Origin: Clostridia bacterium
GTDB taxonomy: Bacteria > Bacillota > Clostridia > Christensenellales > CAG-138
Assembly (NCBI GenBank): GCA_035561095.1
Contig: DATMYE010000022.1
Location: 25,426-89,425 of the forward strand
Length of the DNA: 64,000 nucleotides
Direction: 5' to 3'
Shown: piece after piece, positions 47,193 through 57,948 of the stretch
Numbering within the stretch: position 1 is the stretch's first letter
Layout of the letters: each line of letters opens with the position of its first letter
Program-made: the position numbers and the translations under genes
The notes under the pieces: generated by a model
Database searches by the model: none
The model's input: only the letters and a program-made list of their open reading frames with translations
What the model was told of the DNA's origin: nothing

Positions 47193-47750
47193 ATGATCAG
47201 TGCAGGCGAATTCAGAAAGGGCATGACCCTCGAGATCGACGGGAATGTCTGGCAGATTACTGATTTTCAGCACGTCAAACCCGGCAAGGGCGCGGCTTTC
47301 GTGCGCACCCGTCTCAAGAACGTCATGACCGGCTCCGTGCTGGAGCGCACGTTCAACCCCACGGATAAGTATCCGCCGGCGCACATCGAAACCAAGGAAA
47401 TGCAGTACCTCTATGAAGACGGCGGTCTGTACTATTTCATGGACGTCGAGAGCTACGAGCAGCTCCCGCTCAACCACGAGCAGGTGGAAGACGCCATCGC
47501 GTTCATCGTGGAAAACCAGAACGTGAAGATTCGCTTTTTCAAAGGCGCGCCGTTCTCCGTTGAAGCGCCGAACTTTGTCGAGCTTCTGATCACGCATTCC
47601 GAACCCGGCGTGCGCGGCGACACCGCGACCGGCACCACCAAGCCCGCGACGCTGGAAACCGGCTACACGCTCAACGTCCCGCTGTTTGTCAACGAAGGCG
47701 ACCGCATCCGCGTGGACACCCGCACGGGTGAGTACATGGAGCGCGTCTAA
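47193..47750 (+). CDS. efp: elongation factor P
   Basis: [47 protein letters not shown] is canonical EF-P with the loop Lys in KPGKG. Confidence 0.95.
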   Translation: MISAGEFRKGMTLEIDGNVWQITDFQHVKPGKGAAFVRTRLKNVMTGSVLERTFNPTDKYPPAHIETKEMQYLYEDGGLYYFMDVESYEQLPLNHEQVEDAIAFIVENQNVKIRFFKGAPFSVEAPNFVELLITHSEPGVRGDTATGTTKPATLETGYTLNVPLFVNEGDRIRVDTRTGEYMERV

Positions 47751-47807
47751 GTCCACGCTCCTCTGGCAAGAGCAGTTCGGCTACGAACGGAAAGAAGAGG
47801 AAATCAT

Positions 47808-48200
47808 ATGAGCTATATTTCGGAAAAAGTTGCATATCTTGACGGTTTGGCCGACGGCCTGCAGCTCAAGGACGAGGGCACCGACAAGGTGCTGCGCGGC
47901 ATCATCGAAACGCTCGGCGCGATCGCAGAGGCGCTGGAAGAACAGGATGAGAGCATCGACGATCTCTCGGACTGCATCGACGGCATCTACGACGAGCTGG
48001 ACGATATCGAAACCGCCATCGACGAGGAGTTTGACGGCGAGCTGGACGAGGACGACTTCATCGAAGTGGTCTGCCCGCACTGTGGCGAGACCGTGTACTT
48101 CGACGAGGACATGATCGACAGCGACGACGGACTCATCTGCCCGAACTGCAACGAGACCATCGAGTTTGAAATCCCCGGCGACGACGAGGACGACAAATAA
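47808..48200 (+). CDS. highly acidic zinc-ribbon protein of unknown function (CD1247 N-terminal-domain-like)
   Basis: 130 aa, Asp/Glu-rich, with CPHCGETVYF...CPNCNETIEF (CxxC x2). AGAGGA SD upstream. Strong terminator downstream. Confidence 0.7.
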   Translation: MSYISEKVAYLDGLADGLQLKDEGTDKVLRGIIETLGAIAEALEEQDESIDDLSDCIDGIYDELDDIETAIDEEFDGELDEDDFIEVVCPHCGETVYFDEDMIDSDDGLICPNCNETIEFEIPGDDEDDK

Positions 48201-48226
48201 ACCTGACACGATCGTATTGTGTAATT

Positions 48227-48258
48227 ACCCTGCCTGCTCACGCGGGCAGGGTTTTTTC
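48227..48258 (+). terminator. rho-independent terminator after the zinc-ribbon gene
   Basis: ACCCTGCC-TGCTCACGCG-GGCAGGGT followed by TTTTT. Confidence 0.85.
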
Positions 48259-48336
48259 GCCTGCAAACGCCGGAAAAACAAGGAATCCAAGGCTGCGTGG
48301 CGAATATCTATAGCTGGAAACGGAGGATGCCGGAGC

Positions 48337-49356
48337 ATGACACAGGAAAACCCCAGGCAGTATTTTGAGCGGCTGGAAGCGGAGACGCTCTCGCCGTACG
48401 CGACGCTTTCGAAAAACACGCGCGGGCGGCAAACGCCCATCGAACCCTGCCAGATTCGCACGGAATTCATCCGCGACCGCGACCGCATTCTGCACAGCAA
48501 GTCGTTTCGTCGACTCAAGCATAAAACGCAAGTGTTCCTTTCTCCGCAGGGAGACCACTACCGCACGCGGCTCACGCACACACTGGAGGTCTCCCAGATT
48601 GCGCGGACGATTTCGCGCGCGCTGCGGCTCAACGAAGACCTCACCGAGGCGATCTCGATGGGGCACGACCTTGGGCACACGCCGTTCGGACACTCCGGCG
48701 AGGACGTGCTGGATGAGCTTCTGCCCGGCGGGTTTGAGCACAACGAGCAGAGCCTCCGCGTCGTGGAAAAACTCGAGAACGACGGCGAAGGTCTCAATCT
48801 GACGTTCGAAGTGCGCGACGGCATCCTGCACCACAAAAAGACCGGAACGCCGGCCACGCTTGAGGGCGTCGTGGTCTCGCTCGCCGACCGCATCGCCTAC
48901 ATCAACCACGACATTGACGACGCGATCCGCGCGGGCGTACTCAAGGAGAGCGACCTGCCCGCGGAGTGCGTCCGCGTGCTCGGCAACTCCCACGGCAAGC
49001 GCATCAACACGATGATTCTCGACGTGGTGGAGCAAAGCGCGGGAAAACCCGCCGTCACGATGAGCGCGCGCATGTATGAGCAGTTTGACTCGCTCAGGGA
49101 CTTCATGTTCGAAAACGTCTATAAAAACCCCAAGGCGAAGAGCGAAGAGGAGAAGGCCAAGCGCGTCATCCACGAGCTGTTTGAATATTATCTTTCGCAT
49201 ACCGAGCAGCTGACGGGCGAATACGCGAAGTATCTTGTGATTGACGGCAAGGAACGAGCGGTTGCGGACTACATCGCGGGCATGACGGACAACTATGCGG
49301 TTTCGGAATATATGCGCATCTTCGTGCCGAAAGCATGGATGGATCTGACCACCTGA
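48337..49356 (+). CDS. dgt: dGTPase-like HD-domain triphosphohydrolase
   Basis: FIRDRDRILHSKSFRRLKHKTQVF...RLTHTLEVSQI...GHDLGHTPFGHSGE. Conserved dgt-dnaG-rpoD arrangement. ATG 48337 follows GGAGGA. Confidence 0.85.
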   Translation: MTQENPRQYFERLEAETLSPYATLSKNTRGRQTPIEPCQIRTEFIRDRDRILHSKSFRRLKHKTQVFLSPQGDHYRTRLTHTLEVSQIARTISRALRLNEDLTEAISMGHDLGHTPFGHSGEDVLDELLPGGFEHNEQSLRVVEKLENDGEGLNLTFEVRDGILHHKKTGTPATLEGVVVSLADRIAYINHDIDDAIRAGVLKESDLPAECVRVLGNSHGKRINTMILDVVEQSAGKPAVTMSARMYEQFDSLRDFMFENVYKNPKAKSEEEKAKRVIHELFEYYLSHTEQLTGEYAKYLVIDGKERAVADYIAGMTDNYAVSEYMRIFVPKAWMDLTT

Positions 49357-49505
49357 TGCATACAAACGCGAAAAACTTTTGTTCGCTGGCAGGAATGCGT
49401 GCCAAATGGTCGAATTAGAAATAGCTGATTCATTCAGCCGAAGGTTCAGCTTCATCAGCGAACGAAGGCAACTGCCTTTTGACAAGTTTGCGGAAAGGAC
49501 GGCGC

Positions 49506-51287
49506 ATGGCATATCCCGACCACTGGATGAGCGAGCTGCTCAGCAAGAGCGATATCGTCACGGTCGTCTCATCCTATATCGAACTCAAGCCCAAAGGGCG
49601 CAGACTCTGGGGACTTTGCCCGGTACACGGCGAGAAGACGGCTTCGTTTTCCGTCTCTCCCGATAAACAGCTCTACTACTGCTTTGGCTGCCACATCGGC
49701 GGATCGGTGATCCAGTTCATCATGGACGTCGAGCATATGTCGTTTCACGAGGCGGTGGAGCATCTTGCCAATCGCGCGGGGCTTGCCATGCCGCAGGAGG
49801 TTAACGACGCCGCGATGATGCAGGAGCGCGCCAAGCGCGAGCGTCTCGCGGAGGCTTGTCAGCTCGCGGCAAGGTTCTTTATGGAAACTCTGCTCGGCGA
49901 AAACGGCGTTTCTGGCCGCGCGTATCTCAAAAAGCGCGGCATCAGCAGCGACGCAGTCAAGCGATTCGGCATCGGCTACGCGCCGAGCGAATGGGAAGCG
50001 CTCAAGAAGCATCTTGGAGACAAAGGATTCACGCCTGAGGAGCTTGTAGAAGCGGGCTTGCTCGTAAAGAACGCGGACAGCGGACGCACCTACGACGCCT
50101 ACCGCGGGCGCGTGATCTTCCCGATCATCGCCGCAAACGGTCGCGTGATCGGCTTTGGCGCGCGCGTGCTCAACAACGAGGAGAAACCAAAGTATATCAA
50201 CACCGGCGACACGCTGCTCTACAACAAGCGTAACAATCTGTACGGACTGAATCTGCAAAAGAGCGGAAAGCTCACAGACCTTGTGATGGTCGAGGGGTAT
50301 ACCGACGTCATTGGGCTCTACGAGGCGGGCGTCACAAACGCCGTAGCGAGCCTTGGGACAGCGCTGACGCAGCAGCAGGCAAGATTGCTCAAACGCTATG
50401 TCGGCAGCGTATACATCGCCTACGACGGCGACGCCGCGGGACAGAACGCGACCATCCGCGGCCTCGATATCCTCACGGCGGAAGGGCTCAACGTCCGCGT
50501 GATTGTATTCCCCGGAGGTCAGGACCCGGACGAATTCGTCCGCGCAAACGGCAAAGAGGGCTTCGACCGCCTCAAGGAAGAAGCGCTCTCGCTCAACGCC
50601 TTCAAGCTCGTGGCATTGGCGCGGAACTACGATCTTTCCAAGGAGACCGAGCGCGAGCAGTACGCCATGGAGGCCTGCCGCTTTATCGGCACGCTGACGC
50701 CAGTGGAGCGGGAGCGGCATTATCAGCAGCTCTCCAAACAGACGGGGTATTCGATGGATACCCTGCGCGCGCAGGGCGCGAGTGCGCGGCCGGACGAGCG
50801 ACAGCAACCGGTCACAGTCAAGGAGCGGAATGCAATCGGCAGGCGAAGGGAAGCCGAGCCGGACAGCGAGCGAATCCGCGTCGAGAACGCGCTGCTCTTC
50901 CACATGCTGCAGTCGCCGCTTGCGGTGAAGCTCGCGCAGGAGCAGGGGCTGGAGAAGCAGTTTGCCAGTGAAGGCATGCAGACGTTTGCCAAAGCGCTCG
51001 CGGAAGCGTATGCGCGCGGCACAGAACCAAACCTGCCGCTGTTGCTCTCGGGCATGGAAAAAGAGGACGCGGAACGCGTCAGCGCGGCGCTCAAGGACGA
51101 GGCCGCCTGCACAGAGCCGGAAAAAGCGGCAAAGGACTGTCTCGGCCGGATTGAGAAATGCAATCTGGCGGAGCAGATCGAAGAGATCAAACGCCAACTG
51201 GTCGATCCGGCGTTATCGGCGGACGAGCGGGCGGGATATTTAAGAGAAATGCAGACACTGAACCTGCGGATGCGGGGTCTAAGTTGA
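49506..51287 (+). CDS. dnaG: DNA primase
   Basis: [29 protein letters not shown] zinc finger, Toprim EGYTDV...DGDAAG. Confidence 0.95.
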   Translation: MAYPDHWMSELLSKSDIVTVVSSYIELKPKGRRLWGLCPVHGEKTASFSVSPDKQLYYCFGCHIGGSVIQFIMDVEHMSFHEAVEHLANRAGLAMPQEVNDAAMMQERAKRERLAEACQLAARFFMETLLGENGVSGRAYLKKRGISSDAVKRFGIGYAPSEWEALKKHLGDKGFTPEELVEAGLLVKNADSGRTYDAYRGRVIFPIIAANGRVIGFGARVLNNEEKPKYINTGDTLLYNKRNNLYGLNLQKSGKLTDLVMVEGYTDVIGLYEAGVTNAVASLGTALTQQQARLLKRYVGSVYIAYDGDAAGQNATIRGLDILTAEGLNVRVIVFPGGQDPDEFVRANGKEGFDRLKEEALSLNAFKLVALARNYDLSKETEREQYAMEACRFIGTLTPVERERHYQQLSKQTGYSMDTLRAQGASARPDERQQPVTVKERNAIGRRREAEPDSERIRVENALLFHMLQSPLAVKLAQEQGLEKQFASEGMQTFAKALAEAYARGTEPNLPLLLSGMEKEDAERVSAALKDEAACTEPEKAAKDCLGRIEKCNLAEQIEEIKRQLVDPALSADERAGYLREMQTLNLRMRGLS

Positions 51288-51298
51288 AAGGAGCGGGT

Positions 51299-52381
<1,083 letters not shown>

Positions 52382-52392
52382 ACCGCGAAACA

Positions 52393-52420
52393 AGCCCGCC
52401 GCTCGCCGGCGGGCGCTTTC
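52393..52420 (+). terminator. probable terminator after rpoD
   Basis: GCCCGCCG-CTCGC-CGGCGGGC GC-rich hairpin followed by GCTTTC, a short U tract. Confidence 0.5.
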
Positions 52421-52480
52421 GGAAGAAGGCTCTAGGTTGCACAATGGTATGATAAAGAAATACAAAGGCGACAGGGAAAC

Positions 52481-53209
52481 ATGAGACATTTTCGAATCAG
52501 CGACCAGGACCCGATCAAAACAAAGAGGTTGATCCTGACACCTATGAAAGCAAAGCAGCTCTCCGCACTGGAAGCGGAGGAGGAAAACGAGCTCCTGCGC
52601 GGCGCGCTTGTCGAGATGCGCAACCACGTGGTCGACGAACCGGGGCTTGCGCTCTGGTACACGGGCTGGCAGGTCAGCCTGAAAAGCGGCGGGCAACCGG
52701 TTGGGCTGCTCGGCTTTCACGGCCCCGCGGCAGATCAGACCGTTGAGCTCGGCTATGAGATCAAAGAAGCGTTCCGCGGAAACGGCTACTGCGAAGAGGC
52801 TGTGAAGGCGCTCACCAACTGGGCGTTTGGCTGCGAGGGCGTGTATTTCATCAGCGTGCTGGCGGGAGAGCAAAACGGTGCCTCCAACCACGTGCTGGAG
52901 AAGCTGAAATTTTACCGTGTGGAGAGCCCCGTTGCGGGCATGAACGCATGGGAGCTGGAAAGGCCCGCGAGCGCCTGGATGTCGGTGTATATGTGCATCG
53001 GACTTGCGGTCGGTCTTAGCTTTGGCCAAGCGTTGTTCAACAACATCGGCATCGGCCTTGCGATCGGCCTCGGCACGGGGCTTGCGCTCGGCTCCGGGCT
53101 GGATTCGCAGGATCGCGCGGCAAGAAAGCGCGAGCACGCGCCGAAGAAGCTCGACGCCCCGCAGGGCGAAGAGACAAAGGATGAGAAAACCAAAAAGAAC
53201 AAGAAATAA
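52481..53209 (+). CDS. GNAT family N-acetyltransferase with C-terminal glycine-zipper membrane segment and Lys-rich tail
   Basis: RimJ/RimL-like core (VELGYEIKEAFRGNGYCEEAVKALTNWAF), then WMSVYMCIGLAVGLSFGQALFNNIGIGLAIGLGTGLALGSGL and KKLDAPQGEETKDEKTKKNKK. Confidence 0.65.
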   Translation: MRHFRISDQDPIKTKRLILTPMKAKQLSALEAEEENELLRGALVEMRNHVVDEPGLALWYTGWQVSLKSGGQPVGLLGFHGPAADQTVELGYEIKEAFRGNGYCEEAVKALTNWAFGCEGVYFISVLAGEQNGASNHVLEKLKFYRVESPVAGMNAWELERPASAWMSVYMCIGLAVGLSFGQALFNNIGIGLAIGLGTGLALGSGLDSQDRAARKREHAPKKLDAPQGEETKDEKTKKNKK

Positions 53210-53223
53210 GCGCGGCAATGCGC

Positions 53224-53257
53224 AAAAAAGACGGCGGCCTGATGGCCGCCGTTTTTG
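53224..53257. terminator. bidirectional terminator between the convergent GNAT gene and phoR
   Basis: AAAAAAG-ACGGCGGCC-TGAT-GGCCGCCGT-TTTTTG: a GC stem flanked by an A run and a T run. Confidence 0.8.
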
Positions 53258-53282
53258 CTGTACATGTGAAGCGATTCGTGAA

Positions 53283-54950
53283 CTATTCAATCGCGGGGAA
53301 GGAGATGGTCACCGTCGTGCCGATGCCGAGTTTGCTCTGCAGCTGTACCGTAGCTCCCAGCGTCTCCGCCGAGTGCTTGACGATGGAAAGCCCCAGTCCC
53401 GTGCCGCTGATCTGCTTATTGCGGCTGCGGTCTACGCGGTAGAACCGCTCGAACACGCGGGAAACGTGCTCCTCCGAGATGCCGATGCCGGTATCGGAGA
53501 CGGTGAGATTGACATGCGTGCCGTTTTGTTTGAGCGTAACGCCCACGCTGCCGTTGGAGGTGTTGTATTTGATCGCGTTATCGACGAGATTCAGCACGAT
53601 CTCTTCCAGAATCTTCGGGATGCCGCGCACACTGGCGTTTGCGCAGCTGACGTTGAGCGAAACGCCCGCTTTCTCCGCCTGCGGCTGGAGCCGCTGGCAG
53701 ACATCCTCGCAGATGTCCTTGAGATTGACGGTGGTCATCTCCGGCAGCGAGGTCTTCTCGTCCAGCTGGGAGAGGCGGATGATGTCTTCGATCAACGACA
53801 TGAGCTGTGCGGCCTCCGCGTGAATCTTTCCGGCAAATCGCTTTGTGTCCTCCGGCTTTGCCACGCCGTCGCGCATGATCTCCGCATATCCGAGGATCGA
53901 GGTCAGCGGCGTTTTCAGCTCGTGCGAGACGTTTGCGGAAAACTCCCTGCGCATTTGCTCCGCGGCGACGCGATCGGAGATATCGAGGATCAGAATGACC
54001 GTTCCTGCCTGCGTGTGGCTGTCGGTCACCTGGCTTGCGAGAACCTGATAAGTGCGCGCGCCGCGAACGAGCGTCGCCTGCCCGGAGCCGCCGACTTTAC
54101 TCTGCTCCAGCGCCTGCTGGAGGGCGACGCTGCGGTTGAGCATCAGCACATGCGCGCCGATCACCTGACCGGCATCCGCGCCGAAGGTCTGCGCCGCGCT
54201 GCCGTTGATGGCGATCATGCGGTCGCTGGCGTCAAGAAGGATGAAACCTTCGCGCATATTCTCGGTAACCGCGGTAAACTCCCGCTGCTTTTCGGAGAGC
54301 GCGGTCATGCGGCTGATGATCTCGCGCCGCTGATGCTCCATGCTGGTGAGAAGCGGGGCCAGCTCGTCATAGGCAACGTTGCCGAGCGGATGATCGAGAT
54401 CCAGCGCGTTGATGGGCTGCACAATGGTCTTTGCGGCATAGCGCGCAAACAGGGCGGAGATGACGATGATGGCGAGCAGCACCGCGAGCATCGTCGGCAT
54501 CAATGCGCCGAGCATGCCGATCACGCTCTGCTGATTTGTAGAGACACGGAGCACGCGTCCGTCGGAAAGCAGCCGCGCATAATAGAAATTCTTCGTCAAC
54601 TGCGTTTCGGAGAATCGGCTGCTGGTGCCCACGCCGAGTTTTTTCGCGTCGATAAACTCCGGCCGGTCAGCGTGATTCTCCAACTTGTTCACGTCGGACG
54701 AGGTATCAAAGAGCACAGTGCCGTCCGCAGCGATCAGCGTCAGCCGGTCGCTGGAGGGCAGGCTTGAAAGATACGCATGCTCGTCCGCAGCGGAGGAAAG
54801 ACCGCTCTGAACATACCGGCACTCTTCTGCGAGTTCCGAGAACACGAGCGTCTCGTACATGCGGTACTGCGCAAGGAGGATCACACCGCCCAGCAGCAGA
54901 GCCGCAATCAGCGAGGAAAGAAAGATGTTCCAGAAAATGCGTTTTCTCAT
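53283..54950 (-). CDS. phoR: PhoR-like sensor histidine kinase
   Basis: Two TM helices flanking a sensor loop, a PAS-like region, HisKA EFSANVSHELKTPLTSI and HATPase DNAIKY...DTGIGI...GTGLGLSIV. Sits downstream of pst-phoU-RR. Confidence 0.8.
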   Translation of the reverse strand: MRKRIFWNIFLSSLIAALLLGGVILLAQYRMYETLVFSELAEECRYVQSGLSSAADEHAYLSSLPSSDRLTLIAADGTVLFDTSSDVNKLENHADRPEFIDAKKLGVGTSSRFSETQLTKNFYYARLLSDGRVLRVSTNQQSVIGMLGALMPTMLAVLLAIIVISALFARYAAKTIVQPINALDLDHPLGNVAYDELAPLLTSMEHQRREIISRMTALSEKQREFTAVTENMREGFILLDASDRMIAINGSAAQTFGADAGQVIGAHVLMLNRSVALQQALEQSKVGGSGQATLVRGARTYQVLASQVTDSHTQAGTVILILDISDRVAAEQMRREFSANVSHELKTPLTSILGYAEIMRDGVAKPEDTKRFAGKIHAEAAQLMSLIEDIIRLSQLDEKTSLPEMTTVNLKDICEDVCQRLQPQAEKAGVSLNVSCANASVRGIPKILEEIVLNLVDNAIKYNTSNGSVGVTLKQNGTHVNLTVSDTGIGISEEHVSRVFERFYRVDRSRNKQISGTGLGLSIVKHSAETLGATVQLQSKLGIGTTVTISFPAIE

Positions 54951-55012
54951 TCAGTATGCTCCCTGTAGGCTGGTTGAAGCTCCGCTAGGAGCCGACAGGC
55001 AAAGGCACAGCA

Positions 55013-55681
55013 CTATTCGCCGAAGCGATAACCTACGCCGCGTACGGTTTCAATGAAGCGGCCTGCGCTGCCAAGTTTGGTACGCAGGGTCTGCACGTGG
55101 ACGTCGACCGTCCGCGTGCCGCCCTCATAATCATAACCCCAGACGGTTTCGAGCAGCTGTTCGCGCGTATAGGCGCGCCCTGCGTTCTCCATCAGGCATG
55201 CAAGCAGCGAAAACTCCTTGTAGGTGAGGATGATGTTCTGCCCGCCGACGGTGACTGTGTGCTTGGCGATGTCCACCACGAGCTCTTCATGCGTGAGGCG
55301 CTCTGCGCTTGTTTTCATGCCGCTGCGCCGGAGCAGCGCCTTAACGCGCGCGACAAGCTCCGCCATGCCAAAGGGCTTTGTGATGTAGTCGTCCGCACCG
55401 AGGTCGAGGCCGGAGACCTTGTCAAATTCCGTGGTCTTGGCGGTGATCATCATCACAGGGATCGAGGTCGTGCTCGCATTTGCACGTATTTTCTTGAGGA
55501 TGGTGAGCCCGTCTTCGCCGGGAAGCATGATATCCAGCAGGATCAGAGTGGGTTTCTCATCGGCGGAAGCTGCGAAAAACCCGGTTGCATCGGAAAACCC
55601 CTTCGCGGAAAGCCCGGTTTGGTTGAGCGTATAGATCACCAGCTCGCGGATATTCGCGTCGTCTTCCACATAATAGATCAT
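55013..55681 (-). CDS. phoP: OmpR/PhoB-family response regulator
   Basis: MIYYVEDDANIRE...LILLDIMLPGEDG receiver plus winged-helix ...IETVRGVGYRF. ATG 55681 forms an ATGA overlap with the phoU stop. Confidence 0.85.
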   Translation of the reverse strand: MIYYVEDDANIRELVIYTLNQTGLSAKGFSDATGFFAASADEKPTLILLDIMLPGEDGLTILKKIRANASTTSIPVMMITAKTTEFDKVSGLDLGADDYITKPFGMAELVARVKALLRRSGMKTSAERLTHEELVVDIAKHTVTVGGQNIILTYKEFSLLACLMENAGRAYTREQLLETVWGYDYEGGTRTVDVHVQTLRTKLGSAGRFIETVRGVGYRFGE

Positions 55682-56331
55682 AATTCCGTACCCTTGTGTA
55701 CACCGGTAATCGAAAACTCCGCCCACTCGGCGATGTTCTGTGCGTGGTCGCCGATGCGCTCGAAGTATTTCGCGATCATGAGCAGATCGATCGCCTGCTC
55801 GCCGTTGTCCGGATCATGACGGATCAGGTCGATCAGCTCGCCCTTGATCGTGTCAAACAGGTCGTCGATGATGTCATCCATCGCGATAATGTCCCGCGCG
55901 AGCGCAAGATCCTTGTTGATGAATGCGTCAAGGCTGCCCGTGACCATGCGGATGGAAGCCTCCGCCATCTGCGGCAGGTGCTCGAGGGACTTGATATACG
56001 GCTTTCCGGCGAGGTAGATCACGATACCGGAGATATCCGACGCCTGGTCGCCGATGCGCTCCATGTCCGTGATCATCTTCAACGCCGCGGAGATCAGGCG
56101 AAGGTCGCGCGCAACCGGCTGCTGCTGCAGCAGGAGCTTGAGGCAGAGGGATTCGATATCGCGCTCCTTCTGGTCGACCTCGCGGTCGAAGGTGATCGCA
56201 TGGTTTGCGGCCTCCACATCCTGACGAATGAGCGCCTCGCTTGCAGACTGAATCGCGTGTTCGATCAGCGCGCCCATCTCAAGCAGCTCTTGATTCAACA
56301 GTCTCAGCTGTTCTTCAAACGTGTTTCGCAT
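55678..56331 (-). CDS. phoU: phosphate signaling complex protein PhoU
   Basis: Two PhoU repeats (ARDLRLISAALKMITDMERIGD and LLMIAKYFERIGDHAQNIAEW). Confidence 0.9.
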   Translation of the reverse strand: MRNTFEEQLRLLNQELLEMGALIEHAIQSASEALIRQDVEAANHAITFDREVDQKERDIESLCLKLLLQQQPVARDLRLISAALKMITDMERIGDQASDISGIVIYLAGKPYIKSLEHLPQMAEASIRMVTGSLDAFINKDLALARDIIAMDDIIDDLFDTIKGELIDLIRHDPDNGEQAIDLLMIAKYFERIGDHAQNIAEWAEFSITGVHKGTEL

Positions 56332-57083
56332 TAACCGAACCTCCCCGTGATGTAATCCTCCGTGCGTTTGTCGCGCGGAATGCTGAATAGCTTTTGCGTG
56401 TTGCCGTACTCGATGATCTCGCCGAGCAGGAAGAACGCGGTGTTGTCGGAGATACGCGCAGCCTGCTGCATGTTGTGCGTTACGATGATTATAGTATATT
56501 TCTCGCGCAACGTCACGCAGAGGTCTTCGATTCTGGAGGTCGAGATGGGGTCGAGCGCGCTGGTGGGTTCGTCCATCAGCACAACCTCCGGCTCGACGGC
56601 CAACGCACGCGCGATGCAGAGGCGCTGCTGCTGTCCGCCGGAGAGACCAAGCGCGTCTTTTTTGAGGCGATCCTTGAGCTCGTCCCAGATCGCGGCGTCA
56701 CGCAGCGACTGCTCCACGATGTCGTCGAGCTTCGCTTTGCCGCGTACGCCGTGGGTGCGGGGGCCGTAGGCGACGTTGTCATAGACGGTCATCGGAAACG
56801 GGTTCGGCTTTTGAAACACCATGCCGACGCGCTTACGGAGCATCGTCGTGTCCAACGAGCCGTTGTAGATATCCTGCCCGTCGAGCAGTACCTTGCCGGT
56901 GATCACGCAGCCCTCCACAAGGTCGTTCATGCGGTTGAGCGTGCGCAAAAGAGTGCTCTTGCCGCAGCCGCTGGGACCGATAAACGCCGTGATCTGCCGC
57001 TCCTGAATCTGCAGCTCGACGTCTTTGAGCGCTTGCAGCTGTCCATAATACAGGTCTAAATTGGAGATATCAAACTTGTTCAT
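56331..57083 (-). CDS. pstB: phosphate ABC transporter ATP-binding protein
   Basis: LDLYYG...[22 protein letters not shown]..., [16 protein letters not shown] and [11 protein letters not shown]. 1-nt TAATG overlap with phoU. Confidence 0.95.
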   Translation of the reverse strand: MNKFDISNLDLYYGQLQALKDVELQIQERQITAFIGPSGCGKSTLLRTLNRMNDLVEGCVITGKVLLDGQDIYNGSLDTTMLRKRVGMVFQKPNPFPMTVYDNVAYGPRTHGVRGKAKLDDIVEQSLRDAAIWDELKDRLKKDALGLSGGQQQRLCIARALAVEPEVVLMDEPTSALDPISTSRIEDLCVTLREKYTIIIVTHNMQQAARISDNTAFFLLGEIIEYGNTQKLFSIPRDKRTEDYITGRFG

Positions 57084-57117
57084 ATCGTGTTTCCTTTAAT
57101 AAACTAGTTCTGAAAAA

Positions 57118-57948
57118 TTATATCTTGCGGCGGGTGACGCGCTTGGCAACCGTGGCTGAGAGCGCGTTGATGCCGACGACGATGATGAGCAGCACCACAG
57201 CGGTGGCGTAGGTCTGGTTGATGTACAGCCCCTCCTGCGAAAGCGCGTACATATGCACCGAGAGCGTGCGCGCGGAGTCCATGATGCCCGAGACGGTGTC
57301 CGAGGAGGTGCCGGCGGTATACAGGAGCGCAGCTGTCTCACCGACCGTGCGGCCGACGCCGAGGATCACGCCCGCGAGAATGCCGGGAATCGCGTCCGGC
57401 AGCACCACGCGGAACACGGTGCGAAGCCTGCCCGCGCCGAGGCCGAAGCTGCCCTCACGGAAGCTGTCAGGCACGCTCATCAGCGCCTCTTCCGAGGTGC
57501 GGAGGATCACCGGCAGGATCATGATGGAGATCGTTAAGGCACCCGAGAGCATCGAAAAGCCGAGCTTGAGCGCGGTGACGAAGAACAGCATGCCGAAGAG
57601 TCCGTAGACGATCGAGGGGATACCCGCGAGGGTCTCCGCGTTCATGCGGATCATCCGCACAAGCCTGCTGCCGCGCTTTGCATACTCCACGAGGTAGATC
57701 GCGGCGAACACGCCGAGCGGAACCGCGATCAGCAGCGAGAGCGCCGTCATGAGTATCGTATTGAGCAGTGCGGGCATCAGCGAGAGGTTTTCGGTCGTGT
57801 ACTTCCACTCAAAGAGCTTCCAGGAGAGATTCGGAACACCTTTGACCAGAATGTATCCAACGACAAAGAGCAGCGCGCCGACGGTGATGATAGACGCAAG
57901 ATATACCGCTAAACGGAGGAAAATCGCTGAAATCTTTTGATGTTTCAT
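57118..57948 (-). CDS. pstA: phosphate ABC transporter permease PstA
   Basis: Six-TM permease with EAA-loop-like SEEALMSVPDSFREGSFGLGAGRLRTVFRVVLP. Confidence 0.9.
   Translation of the reverse strand: MKHQKISAIFLRLAVYLASIITVGALLFVVGYILVKGVPNLSWKLFEWKYTTENLSLMPALLNTILMTALSLLIAVPLGVFAAIYLVEYAKRGSRLVRMIRMNAETLAGIPSIVYGLFGMLFFVTALKLGFSMLSGALTISIMILPVILRTSEEALMSVPDSFREGSFGLGAGRLRTVFRVVLPDAIPGILAGVILGVGRTVGETAALLYTAGTSSDTVSGIMDSARTLSVHMYALSQEGLYINQTYATAVVLLIIVVGINALSATVAKRVTRRKI

Noticed and set aside
48337-49356. dGTPase-like HD protein as a possible anti-phage dNTP-depletion defence gene
   Set aside because: It sits in the conserved housekeeping dgt-dnaG-rpoD arrangement with no neighbouring defence or mobile genes. 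A housekeeping dNTP triphosphohydrolase is the most parsimonious reading.
53004-54767. 587-aa plus-strand ORF opposite phoR
   Set aside because: The minus-strand frame encodes a complete histidine kinase (HisKA and HATPase motifs). The plus-strand frame reads through the bidirectional terminator and is compositionally degenerate.
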